A stretch of DNA of 60,957 nucleotides, counting the filler, from Sphacelaria rigidula (Eukaryota), in the NCBI GenBank assembly GCA_964200075.2. It is 5 parts of 5 records of this genome, joined end to end, with 100 filler letters (N's around TTAATTAATTAA, not from the genome) between each part and the next. Parts side by side here need not be neighbours in the genome. Positions count along the whole stretch, not along the records: positions 36,636 to 48,746 come from CAXNAA020004118.1; positions 48,847 to 60,957 come from CAXNAA020004119.1; 3 more parts are not named here. The stretch is one strand, 5' to 3'. Under the pieces are notes generated by a model, which did not search any database, was not told the origin of the DNA, and saw only the letters and a list, made by a program, of their open reading frames with translations. Every line of letters begins with the position of its first letter. The stretch's first letter is position 1. The position numbers and the translations under genes were made by a program. Of this stretch, positions 37,409 to 49,238 are shown one piece after another.

Positions 37409-40400
37409 CTCGGCAGCTCTGAACAGGCTTCAGGACAAAGGCTGATGTGCCATAGCTTGACGTGGCTCCAGCGCTTTAGGTGATCCACGGCTGGTTGCCC
37501 CCATATGTGCGATCAACCGTCTTGTTTGAAATGCACAAGTCAGCTAAACACTCCACAGCAAGTGGTCAATCTCTTGTATAGACTGTACATCGATAGTACT
37601 GTACCGAAGTGTGCCGTACTGTTAATACAGCATATTTCATGTAGTGCGGTACATTCCAACGCGAAACACGGCGGTACAGTACGGTACAGAGGTAAAGGCA
37701 GCACAGCAGTACTTCTAACCAAGCTAAGAAACCTTCATGGCAACGATCTTGCTCTATGCCACCCACACCGATGGTAGTAAAAGTCATAAACTGTAACGGA
37801 ACGGCAGCGTAGCACTGCTGCTGCGCAGTACGGGTGGACTACGAATCATTTACGCCGTCTTCTCCAAGCTAAACATACACGAGGCCACCAATAGCAAGAA
37901 GGAGCTGGACCCAGACCGCGGCTTGTGCGCACTGAGCCAGCCTTCCAATTTCACCCGACATAACGAAGCGAGTGCTGATACCATGGCGGCGGCAAATAGG
38001 TCGCCTGGCTTGGATGGCAAACATTGCTACTTCGTGACTTACGCTGTGAGATAAGGGCGGCCGTTGTGATAGCTGTCCGACGTTGCTTGTTGTGGATGTG
38101 TCGAATCGTGGATGTGATGATTGCGTACTGGTTGTGGCAAGGGTGATGGGTGCGGTCCATCTTTCTCCTCGCTATCCTGACTCCTGAGCCACACTTTATA
38201 CTCGCCTGCCTTTGATGTCAACCGTTGCACTTTCAGCGATGATGAAAGGTTCTCGAATACACCATTGACGAATGTTACCTAGCAATGTCATTTGCTCTTT
38301 TGACCACAGCTCGACAAGATTGTTTCCATTGTTGAGGATACCGTGTTTTTCCTTTCAACGAAACATGGCATGTTTTAGATTCAAACATCTCGAGTCGGAA
38401 TACATTTTTCTGTTCTGTCGTACTTGTGGATTTGGCATGCGGCATGGACAAGCATGTTCTTTATTCACACTTGCTTTGGTGAACAAACAGGGCGTACGCT
38501 TAAACAGTGACCGCGATCAACGTATTGCCGACCGCCCAACCGTCAACGCTGTAGCGCGTCACGTTAGTCGTTACGCGCTGTTCGGTCTCGCGCTTGCTAA
38601 ACGGAGAGCGTGCGTTGCTCTTTGTGACCCCCCGCACCGCCCACTTCATGTATGGAGAGAGTACTCAACGTGAAACAGTGTGTGAAGATCCGGTGATAAC
38701 GTCGGATGCAGCGTTCGTTCGAATGACATGGGTAAGCGTCTTATATTTTACATCGTTAATTCATCTTCGATTTCGTCCCAGCCACTCACCTCTCACATGA
38801 TTCGGGCTGTGCCCCAGTGTTGCATCCAGCCTGTTCAAAGGGGTACTCGACACTGTTCTGTGCCATGCCGAGCCGGCAAGTGCTTGGTGATATGCTCATA
38901 TGCTTCTTCTTGGAGACAGATAACTGTGAGTGGACCATCGTGTGTGCAGGTGATTTTGGTGACGATCAACCCTGATGAAAAGTAGCGACTATTCAAAATA
39001 GTCGCGTGGTCCTGTCCCGTCGGTCGATACGCTTACTCTGTATTGCTTCGTTAAGTGGGAATCACACCACGGTGCAGTCAAAAACAATCATCACAAGTCC
39101 GATTTACTATACTAATACAAGTAGCTGTTTTACACTGTTTACCGGCATAGTGCAGGGTGCGAGCATAATGCGGTCATGCCGGGCCTGCACGCCAACGTAC
39201 TCTGCTGGGACCCCCACAGGATATATGTCCTGCGCGCGGGATTGCTGTTAGCAAACGTTTGGATGACTGCAATGTTTGCATCATGACGTTATTGTGTGTA
39301 TGGGTCGATAGTCCTAGCGCAGAAGAATATATCCATCACTAAGTTTGGTGCATGCGATTCTCATGCCGGAGTAACCCCCCCTTTGAAAATTTGCATTGTA
39401 TCCTATACCGTACTTGGAGTTACGCGTAAAAAGCTGTACAGGATGGTCCTCATACCACAAGCACTTCATCCACGCCACGTAACTTTTCACAACACCGCCG
39501 AAGCCTTGTCAGGGTGGTGTGCTGGACGCTATCTATACACGTGTGAGGGGGAAAGGCATAGGATCTTCCACCTTGCACTAAACTTTACCGTTGGCTGTGC
39601 CTTCATGGCCAGCACAGCATACACGCGCCGACCTTGCATGATACCCTGTCAAGCATGATGTGTGTGGCCGCGTATGTGTAGGCTCATCACCTCTGCTTAT
39701 GAGCACCGGCATCAGCCACGGCACAGCATAGCGCAGCAGCTCACTGGTGCCATTCCGATGATAAGCACTAGGAGCATTTATGTACATGCGATCTCTTGTG
39801 GAACCCTGATGTTTGTCCAAAAATAATGCACACCCTGAACAATGCAAGATGTTTCCAATATATATGTCGGTCATGATGGAATATTGCGGTATATTGCCAG
39901 CGTAGTATATACTGGTACCCTGAGAGTGCACACGTATTGCCCGCCCAATATGTATTGGCAGCCCTTCGACTGCAAATGTATTGCCCGCCAATATACATTT
40001 GGTACCGTGGTATTGTACACAGGATGTCCAATCACTGTATATCCGGGCCGTGTGCGAAGACATATTACACGACCAATGTATATATTAGGGTCGGGTGGGT
40101 GAGAACATATCGACCGGTCAATTTTTATTGAGGCGGGCCAGCGTATCAGTATATATATATATATATATTGGGTAGCATGTGTGGCAATATATCACCCACC
40201 CAGTATACGTTGTGTGGGCGCGTCGATGTCGAGTAAATAGTCCATCTAACTATTATTCAAGGAGCGTACTCTGCAACGTCCTGAAAGTCATCCCGTCTAA
40301 CGAATCTCTCATTTAACGTGAGTCAAAAGTAAATATTTGAATATGTTGTTGGTGTGCACGGTGTTATACGCGAGCCATTTGGAATCATCTGAAGGAACAA

Positions 40401-41745
40401 TAAACAGGCGGGGGTCGTTGAGTCTGTCCCTTCGGGATATTACTGAGTAGTTTTTCTAGTGAAAGTGATCCGGTTCATTACTTGCCTGTCCCTTTGGCTG
40501 TGAGGTAACGCTGGCTGACGAATCGGCATCACGTTTACTTGAAACGTTTGCCGTGACCCAGAGCCAGCAAACGACCAAGGAATGTTGGAAATATCTCAAA
40601 CTCAAAGCTCCAATACTTCTCACGTAAAATACTGTTCAACTCACGGAGAGCTTCGAGTTTGAGATACCTCTGTTGTGTGCAGGCTTGTCGGCTGCTAGGG
40701 TATGTGCTGTTTTGCGGCTGTCAGCTGCACACCGAATTCAGGGGCTGCCAGCTGCCCGCGGAGAAAAATGCGTCTGTGGCTCTCAGCTGTCGCCGGGAAA
40801 ACATGTATGTGTGGATCTCAGCAACCTACGATCCCCCCGCCAATCCTCCTGTCTCCACCGCATAATGCGAAAGCGAGGCGACTGTTCGCGCCGAAAAAGA
40901 ACAGTGCAAACCAGTAGACAACGAACGCATTTTTCAGTCAAGCTGGTCTACCGACCGCCAATGGCGGGAATGATGGCTCGACAAGGTCAGACGATAAGGG
41001 CAATGGTGGGATCCTTAGGGACGATGAGTTTGTCATCTTGCCGCGTAAACTGGTCGCGATAACAACCCGTGTACCGGCAATCGCCGACTGTGCAGTCTCG
41101 CAGGGACATCAGCTCTGCAAGGTCCCGCCAACCTCGGGGGCCATGCTGTACAAGGGTGGCGTACGCTTTGGTAAAGACCCAGGCGCCATGTGTGCCGGAG
41201 CCCGTGTAGGTTGGGAAGATCTTGAGGGAACTCGCAGAGGTTCGCGTGCATGGCTACGGCGTGTTATGGAATGAGTTCGAATATACATTGGTCGGGGGTT
41301 ATGATGACAGCAGAGGCGGCCCAGCACATATGCCTTTTGATACCTACGATGACAGAACACGCGGGTCGATATGCGCCTTTTGGTACCCCTCTGGTCGCAG
41401 GTGGTATTGCTTATACCCGGGAAAAACGAAATGCCCCAGTATAATACAACTTCACGTTGAAAACAGCGCAAGGGTTGTCCTCTCAATATATATACATATT
41501 GTGATGAGCTGTCCTCGGAGACATTGAAGTAACAAAATATATTTCCCGTGTCTCAATCGTGAAGTAATGCGTGCCACAATGTATTAGACATACGTTTACT
41601 TCGGGATCAGAACGTTGAATATGCATCGTTCATGCCCGCCGTGTATGTTTCGACGTGTCAACATATATTGAGTTGAAGCGATGCGTATAATTGTGTTGCC
41701 ATAATATATATATATATATATATTTATATATTGTACCCAGAATCC

Positions 41746-42110
41746 GGTCGCCCCGGTGGCTCAGTTGGTAACCTCGCAACCCTCTGACGGCTGAGTAGTG
41801 GGGTCCAGTGCCTGGAGCGATCTAGGATTTTTTGTCACAAAATGTCAACAGTGGAAAGCGACTATGTCGTGGGTACACAAAGTTCAACCTAACGGTCGAC
41901 GAGAAAAAGAATCTACTGAACCCCTCTCGCGTTAAAAAATAAAGGGAAGCACCGCAGAAGGAAGGTGGGGTATTAAAAACAGATAAAAAAGGAAAGCGCT
42001 CCTGTGTTGACCTTCCTCCTGTGTGGCCCCGGCTGGTGCGCCCATATATACCGAAAGGTGCAGACTGGCGCCCAGAACAAATGGGAAAACAACACACAAC
42101 ACACACACAA
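41746..42110 (+). mobile_element. tRNA-derived SINE, full length
   Basis: A box TGGCTCAGTTGG, degenerate B box, conserved body, GAAA stem-loop and CAACACACAACACACACACAA tail. Confidence 0.85.
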
Positions 42111-42449
42111 ACCGTTCATTTTCTTTTTTCGAATATTTATTGGGCGCGCTGGCGGAGGAATATGCTGAGCGTTTTCGGCATCTGGTGGCACATTTTTCAA
42201 TGGCGTCCGCGATGCTAAACTGGCCACCATACTAATTCCTGTACAATTACCAACATACACACTGAATCAGCAATATATACACTTTTTCAATGTGTACATT
42301 GTGACCGTCGGGTCGTGGGCTAAAATCTCGGAACTTTGCAAGGGAAATATTGCACCGGACCCAGGAATATGCACACAGACGCGATACAAGGACAGAAAAC
42401 AAATCGGAAAAAGTGGCAGACATACGATGAAAAGAGGGAAGGGGGAAAA

Positions 42450-44700
42450 GAGGGGATCTTCGATGCACACGCAATTGCATGGCGGTTGCAAGCCGTGCAC
42501 ACCGCACGAGCGTACACATCGTAAAGCGAGATGGAGGTATTTCGTGGCCCGCCGTCCCTCGCGCCTATTTTCCAACCGCTCTGCGCCGTCGAAATGTACC
42601 GAAATAACTCAATGCACCGAACCACTCGGTGACTGACACAGACTGGAATAAACGTTACTGCACAGCACCGCGCCAACAAAGGTCATGACGCCGCTGTACC
42701 TCGGCACCATTACACGGCACTAAAACGCTCGCCTCTACCCACCCCTGTTGCCGCACAAACGCCGGCGTACCGTGCGGCCCGCAACTCCGAGTCTTACACA
42801 CTCGTTACCCTTCTCTCTCGTCGCAATTGCCACCACTATACCATCCAACAATCGACCGCGCATCACATTCGACGCTGAGAGGGTGATGCATTCAGCATAG
42901 CCGTCGAGAACACTCGCCGCTGGGTCCCGAACGTGGGACTCGCGCGGCAGTATCACCGGGCCACCAATATTACCACGGCACCCGTTTTTCGCCCCCGCCC
43001 ATACGACTGCACTTCCTCCTTTGAACCGACATGTCTTGCCATCCTGCGGCGTCTTCCGTCCCATGGCCAACGGGTAAAACGTTGTAACTGCCCAAGGTGA
43101 AAATCTGCACCAGTCCTGCAATGAAGCGCCCACGACAGTGGGATGTCGTGTTCAGCTCCGGTTATTTTTCCAGCATGAAGTAGAAATGTCAGGCCCCACG
43201 TGAACCACTGTAGATTTTTTTATGAGTTGCACGCGTGCCTGCCCTTGTCACGGTGCACGTTTCATCCGAAGTTGGGGTCGCGGGAGATATGATAAATCCG
43301 TTGCTTTGCGTGGTACCCAACATATACGTAAGCACGGCGTCTTCCGAATGTTGATCGGCATCTGCACTGGTTTCGAGCGTATCCGCTGCCAAGCCAATCG
43401 CGCCTACTGACACAAGAAACGTGGTCAGCTCAGCGGAAAAGGTTTCACGCACGTACGTTTTTACGTCGGGAGTCCGCATACCGACGGCGAAGGCATCACC
43501 TCGAAGAAAGCGCCTCTTCTCCCACTTTGCACACCCCAATATGCTCCTGCGCATCATGTTCGCCGCCCTATTTATCACCCCCACCGTTCCGTCCCCTCCG
43601 CCGGCCTCACGTTACTCCTGAGCATCAACGTCCCCCCCCCTCCCTCGCCGCACGCGAAAGCGTCGCTTTGCGCTGGTTCTTCTCGCGCTAAAGCTCGCGC
43701 TCGCTGGCAGAGATATTTGCAATCCACTTTTCATCGAACACGAGCGGCATCAGCACCCTAAAATTTCGCCTGCCGTCTTGATGGACGTCACCCCCAGAGA
43801 AGGAGGGGTCGCGAACCTAGCTGACAGCATATGCGACCTGGTTCAAGATTTTCGCGGCGTCATTACTCAAAGTTCGGGCGCCAACATCGTGTAACCCCTC
43901 TCGGCGACAGACGTGCCATATAATATTGATGGTCTAGTCCAAATCGACGAAGCGCCCGGCGGCAATCTCGGCGACCACGTCTCGCGCAGCAATGTGAGAG
44001 ACAGCGGTCACCGCCCCTGTCCCGGGAGCGTCGGAGGTGTCGAGGCGGGAGAGGTATTGGTAAACGGTCTATTCCCATCTTCTCCCTTTTTGATCAATGT
44101 GCTGTCCACTTCCTTGTTAAAGGCCCAGAAGGAGGCGGAGTAGAGGCGACTGTCTGCGTCTTGATTGATACTGTCCACACCCGGGTGCTTGGCCGTAGCA
44201 TCACTCGCTCGAAAGAATTCTTCCATGAGTCGAAACGGTTTCCCGGCTCTGATCAACGCCGTCTTCGGCGCCCGCCTGCTGCTCCTTCCACTTCTCCGTC
44301 CTCATCACGGAATAGAAGGAATTGGGAGCGGGACACAGACAACCGCGGCTTGGTATCCAACCCTTGACAACTGCAGTCTATGCCGCTGTGCTCGTGGCTG
44401 ACATCCACTCCCAACATTCCGCCGCATCGGCGACCGCCGCGTCATTTGCAAGATGCCGAAAAAGGGGTTTGGCGCCTCGTGCGTCCGACGGCCGCCGGTG
44501 GCACGCGCAGCACAACCAATCGCCCAAGTGCACGAGACCACCGGGACACATCGGGTACGGCGTCGGCCACGCCTCCGTGAAGCCACGAGCCGCCTTTCCG
44601 CAAAGTAGGGTCGCACGCTTTAGCCTCTTCGGGGTATGCACGTAGGCCTGCGTAGCACGCGGTTCTTCCGCACAAGTGTCTGGCGTCGGCCGTTGCGCCC
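42450..44700 (-). mobile_element. Highly decayed large ORF, possibly a KDZ/Zisupton-type transposase relic
   Basis: GC-rich broken frames on the minus strand, with a degenerate SWIM-like segment (WLCCACH...FRHL) and a hydrophobic-DG-hydrophobic motif (LLDGIVVAI). The family call is inference only. Confidence 0.3.
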
Positions 44701-46163
44701 CCAACAGGAAAACCGCCACCATTCCCGAGCTATCCCCCCCTGTCGCTGCGGACTGTCGGCGAGTCCGTCGGTGGGTGCTGCCCGCCGTTGACGGTGTTAC
44801 CCGGCGACGGTTCATCGTCGGGAGTGGCGTCACGGCTAGACGGGGAAAACTGAGGCGAACGCCGGACCCCCGCGTGCCTGCTGTCATCCGTCGCCATGCA
44901 GTCGAGTTCGCACGCGGGATGTACCGCTCCTGGCACAGGGAGTGGCGGTCCCTCTTGGCCGACGCGCAGTGGTACTCCTTCCTACTTGTTCCCACCTGCG
45001 CCCGATGGTATGTAAGACGATAGGAGGAACGGTATGGGTGACATTCGGCGGCGACGACGGCGGGGGGGTGTACTCATGATCATGCATGCCGTAGTCGTGA
45101 GACCACTGACCTCGCATCCCTACAAAGCCGGGAAGGAGCACGCCGGGTTTTCGCGTTCGCCGGACCAGGCTCGCGATCAATCACCAAGCGCGAAGCGCCG
45201 TGGTGTGTTCGGTGTGTCGCATCAGGGGTGAGCTGCATCCTGCTCGGATTGTTCGGCCCGAAGTCCACTGATTATCTTGCATTTGAATCATAGCCTACAA
45301 TCAGTTGCTTTATTTTCTGGTATCGTCACTTCCAGAGACAGCCACGGCTTATACACTGCCCCATGGGTGCCTCATCATTTAAACACTACATGATACGATC
45401 ATCCCCTTTGAGCGGAGTTGGGGTTCTCCCACACCGCACGACATGATCTAGCTGGACTACCATCATGGTTACCGAAAAAACAACGCCAGCGCGCGAAACG
45501 AAATGGTGACCTGGTTTACCAGCTTCCGCGGTGAGTGACGTGTTTTCTAGCGTCATCGCCAACCGACGCTAACCCGATCAAGGGTCCGCTCCTACAAAGC
45601 CGGGACAGAGCACGCCGGAACTGGGTGGGGGGGGGGGGGGGGGGGTGGGTCGTGATCATCACATCGACCGTCTACCAAACAACCGGGCACTTCACTCGCC
45701 CTCTCAAGCGTGGTTCGCAGCAATATCTGCGGCATATTCGGTACTCAACAGTTAGTACAGTGCGCCCTACCCGAGACGCCCGGTTGCACATGTTCGCACC
45801 GCACGGAGCGCCTTGTGCGTGGTACAGTGCCTTTGCGCACAGTACCTCACAGGATCGGTTGTCGGTATCCAACTTGGTGGGGCGGATGGTGCTTCGCAAT
45901 TCCAAGCACTTGATTCAGGAATGCAGTCGTAGATAGACGAACTGCCGTGGACACGAACATTTCATTTTCCGATGTCCACTATGTAAATCTCGATCCTGAA
46001 ATTCAGTGCTCGATGGAGTCAAACCCAACTTGGGTCTACACCTCAACTGTTCCCTGCATCATCCTTGTTCAGGCAAAAATTGTGAGCAAATACAGGAGGG
46101 CGACGGGCATGTTGTGATTACTAATATCTGCTGTTACGCCGCTCCTTAGACCATCTTTCATGG

Positions 46164-46571
46164 CAACCAATCTCGATTTGTAAAAATATGAGGATTTCAG
46201 CCCGTCTGAAGGCGATTTTCTCCCGGGGATAATTCTTCGGACCCCAGTGCGTTGGGCATTTTTTTTGGCTGGCTGTGAGCAAACGACATCGATTCTCCAA
46301 TTATCCGAACGTTGTTCTTTGGTATCTCACTGTTCTGCGAAATTCAGGATTCTCTCGCATCTCCCCCGATTATCCCAGAAAATCGAGGCAGATGCGGGAT
46401 TGTCCCGATTTGTGTAGAAAGGTGATGGACCAACCTTCAACGTGCAGATATTCTGATAAGTGGTCTGGGTAGCTCATAGCTAGCCGGAAAACATTATCCA
46501 ACGGACTGCGGTCCGAAAGATCGCCTCCAGACGGGCTGAATTCCCATATTTTCACGAGTCGAGATTGGTTG
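46164..46571. mobile_element. MITE (~410 bp) with ~55-bp imperfect TIRs
   Basis: CAACCAATCTCGAtTtGTaAAAATATGaGgATTTCAGCCCGTCTGaAGGCGAT at 46164. Its reverse complement ends ...CGAGATTGGTTG at 46571. Confidence 0.85.
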
Positions 46572-46678
46572 TAATAAAAGATGATCGCAAAGTAACAAAA
46601 AGAAAAAGTCGTGTAAAACTGCATTTGTTCGTCTTTTTTTCGTCGTTTCACGCCGTAAAGAAAGGGTAGGTGGAGTCG

Positions 46679-46940
46679 ACACCGTGGAATGACTTGTTAT
46701 AGTAGTCGAGGCCGTTCCAGAACACCTTCGCGTTTTCCGGTGGCCGCTATTCTATTTTGGCTGAACAAGCATTTTTGTCCTAAAACGGTCGAATCTAAAA
46801 AGAAACTGTCATCTCTATCTGTACTTGGCCGACTATGGACAAAAATGCTTGTTCGGCCAAAATATAAACTGAGGCCGCCGGAAGACGCGGCAATGTCGTC
46901 GAGCCGCCTCGACGAATAGAGCAAGTCATTTCAAGGTGCC
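46679..46940. repeat. Fold-back palindrome (~260 bp), MITE or hairpin-RNA-like
   Basis: 46753-46780 pairs with 46837-46864 at 27/28 (the mismatch is a G-U). Pairing extends out to AATGACTTG/CAAGTCATT. Confidence 0.88.
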
Positions 46941-48473
46941 ATGCACTGCCTAGCTCTTTCTTACAGCGTAAAACGACGAAAACAAACAGGTTGACAGGAA
47001 GTTTCTTGTGTTTGCTACATGGAGCGGCCTTCTTCCCATCCGCCTTGTCACAGCGCACACCCGGGCAATCAACGTTCATGGGAGGTGTTATCCACCGTCA
47101 GGCCCAAGACGAATATCATATTTTCAGCTGCAGAGGTAACCCCGTTTGACACAAGCGGTGGTCCGTCGCTGACGGAAACGTTATCACCCCGCACCGCGAT
47201 ATGGTCGTACATGGTGACGTAACAAAATATTTTTGTGTGCAGCTTGCTGAAGCCGCAATCACGCACGTGAGACGGCGGGACAGCGTCCTTGAGTCGTTGA
47301 GGAGCACTCGAGAATATCTTGCCGACCCTACTACTCGTGGGATGCCGTACGGCGCATAACGTTCGCACGTAAGACATTCAGTGCAAAATAAGGGCCAGTG
47401 TCGTCACTACAGCACGGGCTGTGTTATAGGTTGTGGCGAAGAGTTTGCGTCGACATGTGATCAGTCATATGAGCACCACTGCACAAGCTACAAGAGGGTG
47501 GTATCGTCAATCAATATTCACAGCCAGTACTGTACCGTAGTCACTCAAGTACACGTGATCGTTATACGAGCTGGGCCAGCTTAAAAGCCGCTTAAACTTG
47601 CTCACACCACAGTTTCCCCGGTTTCCCGAATGAACCCGATGTAAGCATATCACTGTGAAGTCTAGACCAACCTGGTAACAAACGGCACCGCCGCTGAAAA
47701 AAAAAAAAAATGAAATATATGTACTGCATAATGTATGACCTTAACGACGGACGAAACAAAAAAAGACTCTGTCGGGGTTTGAACTCATGACCTTCATAAT
47801 TGGAGTCTCCCATCGCTTGATTCATAGGGGTGCAGCAGCGTCACGGGAAATGTTGAAAGCACGGCCCAATTCGACGATTCTTGAGCTGGAATTTTAGGAG
47901 GACCTTCTGCGCCCAAGGGACTGATACTTCACGAGTCCAGCTGCAGATTCTCCTTTTTTCCCTGGACTTGCGATATTATTTATTGTTTTTGCTGCAATTT
48001 CGAATGCCCATAACTTCTTATTTATTGTGGACATAGCGCTTCATGCGCCATGGTATGGCACAGCGCGCCGCACCGTAGTGAACACGCTGCCCCTATTGTA
48101 CACACACCTGCTCCTTGCCACACGATGGCCTACGTTGTACCAGACCGTATACACCGCACAGAGGCGGAGCACAGGCGATCGAATCACGGACGAGTCGTGC
48201 TTGTATTCGCGCCCTCCTATGTCGGACAAGAAATGCTTCTCATTCACGCAGCGACATACCTGCTTGCTCCCTCCGTCGAGATATGCGCTGAAGCTGCTCT
48301 GTACCGCCAGTTGTCCGTGCTGATATGAAGACCTCCCTAACAAGGATGTCTGCGCCTCTCCAGTCCACGATGTTTGCAAGTTCTGGAGCATGGCCATCTA
48401 AAAGTATTACGGTGGGGATGATGAATTATAGTTTCTGTATACCACCTCCATACCATTGAAGAAGAATTACACT

Positions 48474-48642
48474 AAAAGAAAGGCAAGCACCGCAGAACGA
48501 CGGTGGAGAACTCAAACAAACAAAAAGTAAAAAGTCTTATGTTGGCCTTCCTCCTGTGTGACCCCGGCTAGTGCGCCCACAAATACCGAAAGGTGTAGAA
48601 CGGCGTCCAGAACAGATGGGATGGCAACACACACAACACACA
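48474..48642 (+). mobile_element. SINE 3' half
   Basis: GGCAAGCACCGCAGAA...CCTTCCTCCTGTGTGACCCCGGCT...ACCGAAAGGTG...CAACACACACAACACACA. Confidence 0.8.
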
Positions 48643-48679
48643 TTGGTCGCCCAATATATATTGGATGCATCGACTTGCC

Positions 48680-48746
48680 GGTCGCCCCGGTGGCTCAGTT
48701 GGTAACCTCGTAACCTTCTGATGGTTGAGTAGGGGGTTCGATTCCC
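48680..48746 (+). mobile_element. SINE tRNA-like head, cut by the contig end
   Basis: GGTCGCCCCGGTGGCTCAGTTGG...GGTTCGATTCCC, with intact Pol III A and B boxes. Confidence 0.8.
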
Positions 48747-48846
48747 NNNNNNNNNNNNNNNNNNNNNNNNNNNNNNNNNNNNNNNNNNNNTTAATTAATT
48801 AANNNNNNNNNNNNNNNNNNNNNNNNNNNNNNNNNNNNNNNNNNNN
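48747..48846. other. Artificial contig linker
   Basis: Same spacer. Confidence 0.98.
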
Positions 48847-49238
48847 AAACAAGATACCACCAGGAATACACAAAAAACGAGACAAGCACAAAAAAAAAAA
48901 CTACTTCGCGCGCGGAAACAAAAAAAAAAAAAAAAGAGCAGGCAACGAGAAACAAATAAGAGAGCGACAAAAACAAAACAAGAATATTAATTCTCCCTTC
49001 GCTCCGCTCAGCCCCTTCCTGCAACCCGCTCTCATTTCACTGCCCTCGAGAAAATTCTCAATCGCAACAACAAAATTCTCTTTATAATTATTCCAATCGG
49101 ACCAGCCACATCGTTTCTCTCTTTGCCTCTCATCCTTCTCTCAATTGTCTCGTCCCCCCTTTATTGCAGTACGCTCACAGTTTTGCAGGCCCCCCGGAGG
49201 CCCCACCCCCCCCCCCCCCCCCTCAACGTGGCTATAGA

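Noticed and set aside
37800..39800. Plus-strand exon-like fragments
   Set aside because: They could not be chained in phase, contain stops and show no motif.
42005..42090. HDV-like ribozyme in the SINE tail (CCTCC..TGG.CCCGGCTGG...AATGGGA)
   Set aside because: The resemblance is superficial. No P1 5' strand or P2/P3 partners were found, and the motif is not conserved across copies.
47760..47830. Minus-strand tRNA-like sequence (GAGTTCAAACCCC followed by a T run)
   Set aside because: Only a B-box-like motif is present, with no A box or cloverleaf.
48680..48746. tRNA gene
   Set aside because: A and B boxes are present, but the D and anticodon arms are irregular and the same head is joined to the SINE body at 41746 and 26964.
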